Shown here piece after piece: positions 63,469 through 64,000 of a stretch of DNA of 64,000 nt. The notes under the pieces were generated by a model. It was not told where the DNA came from, did no database searches, and saw only the letters and a list, made by a program, of their open reading frames with translations. The DNA lies in the NCBI RefSeq assembly GCF_008831285.2, contig NC_045138.2, positions 12,586,001 to 12,650,000 on the forward strand, written 5' to 3'. The position numbers and the translations under genes were made by a program. Origin of the DNA: Nymphaea colorata. Taxonomy: Eukaryota. Within the stretch, counting starts at the first letter, position 1; each line of letters opens with the position of its first letter.

Positions 63469-64000
63469 ACCCAATATTTTGAAAATATACTTGCTGCTTT
63501 CAATACATCAAGGTGATCCCCACCATGCTGCCATGGGTCCCTATGTTACTTTACAGGGAAACACCATGTTAAATGCTACTATCTTTGCAGATGAAATCGA
63601 GATGAAATCAGATAAGGATGCTGCACCGGGGCTGGATGGACTCAATAACAAATTTTATCAGGATTTTTGGTATGCAATGAAGGATGATGTTTTCGTTGCT
63701 ATCAAGATTTTTTTTTCCACCGAACAGATTGTCAAAAGTATTAACAACACTGACATTGTTCTTATTCTCAAAGTGCAAGGGGCTGTCAAAATTGAGAAAT
63801 TCCGACCTATCTGCTTGTGCAATAGCATCCTACATTCATTACTCGTGTTATGGTGGTTAGGATGCAACCATATTGAATAGAAGATTGTCAAAAAATTAGA
63901 ATGCTTTCATAAGGGGGATATGCATACAAGACAGTATTCTTCTTAGATTGTCAAAAAATTAGAATGCTTTCATAAGGGGGATATGCATACAAGACAGTAT
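63469..64000 (+). mobile_element. Continuation of LINE ORF2 (start of reverse transcriptase)
   Basis: AAPGLDGLNNKFYQDFW...INNTDIVLILK...KFRPICLCN, then NAFIRGICIQDSILL. It joins in frame to 47169 (HACT|QYFENIL). Confidence 0.9.
63882..64000 (+). repeat. Perfect 63-bp tandem duplication (second copy cut by the window edge)
   Basis: agattgtcaaaaaattagaatgctttcataagggggatatgcatacaagacagtat occurs at 63882 and at 63945. Confidence 0.95.

Overview
Angiosperm nuclear DNA (species not determinable from this window) that is dominated by transposable elements. Two host genes are supported: a two-exon group-4 LEA gene (LEA_1 family, + strand, 9713-10678) and a canonical microsomal oleate desaturase FAD2 (- strand, CDS 28533-29666) with a probable 4.3 kb 5'UTR intron and a promoter near 34.2-34.4 kb. 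Most of the rest is a layered TE history that can be reconstructed from termini and target-site duplications (TSDs). (1) A PIF/Harbinger transposase relic at 5-300. (2) A three-tier LTR nest at 0.6-9.1 kb: Copia A holds Copia B, which holds a 2 kb non-autonomous LTR element. (3) Many hAT-type MITEs, including one MITE nested in another with both 8-bp TSDs intact. (4) A foldback inverted repeat at about 18.1-18.5 kb. (5) L1-like LINE relics. (6) A 1.3 kb PIF/Harbinger-type 'Pack' element carrying a captured PLS-class PPR gene fragment. (7) A 16.3 kb Ogre/Tat-in-Ogre/Tat nest that splits a LINE ORF2. The most interesting observations are the gene-capturing Harbinger-type element and a LEA stop codon that cuts off a conserved-looking C-terminal motif. 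I found no convincing novel multi-gene system. All alignments and translations were done by eye, so identities are approximate.
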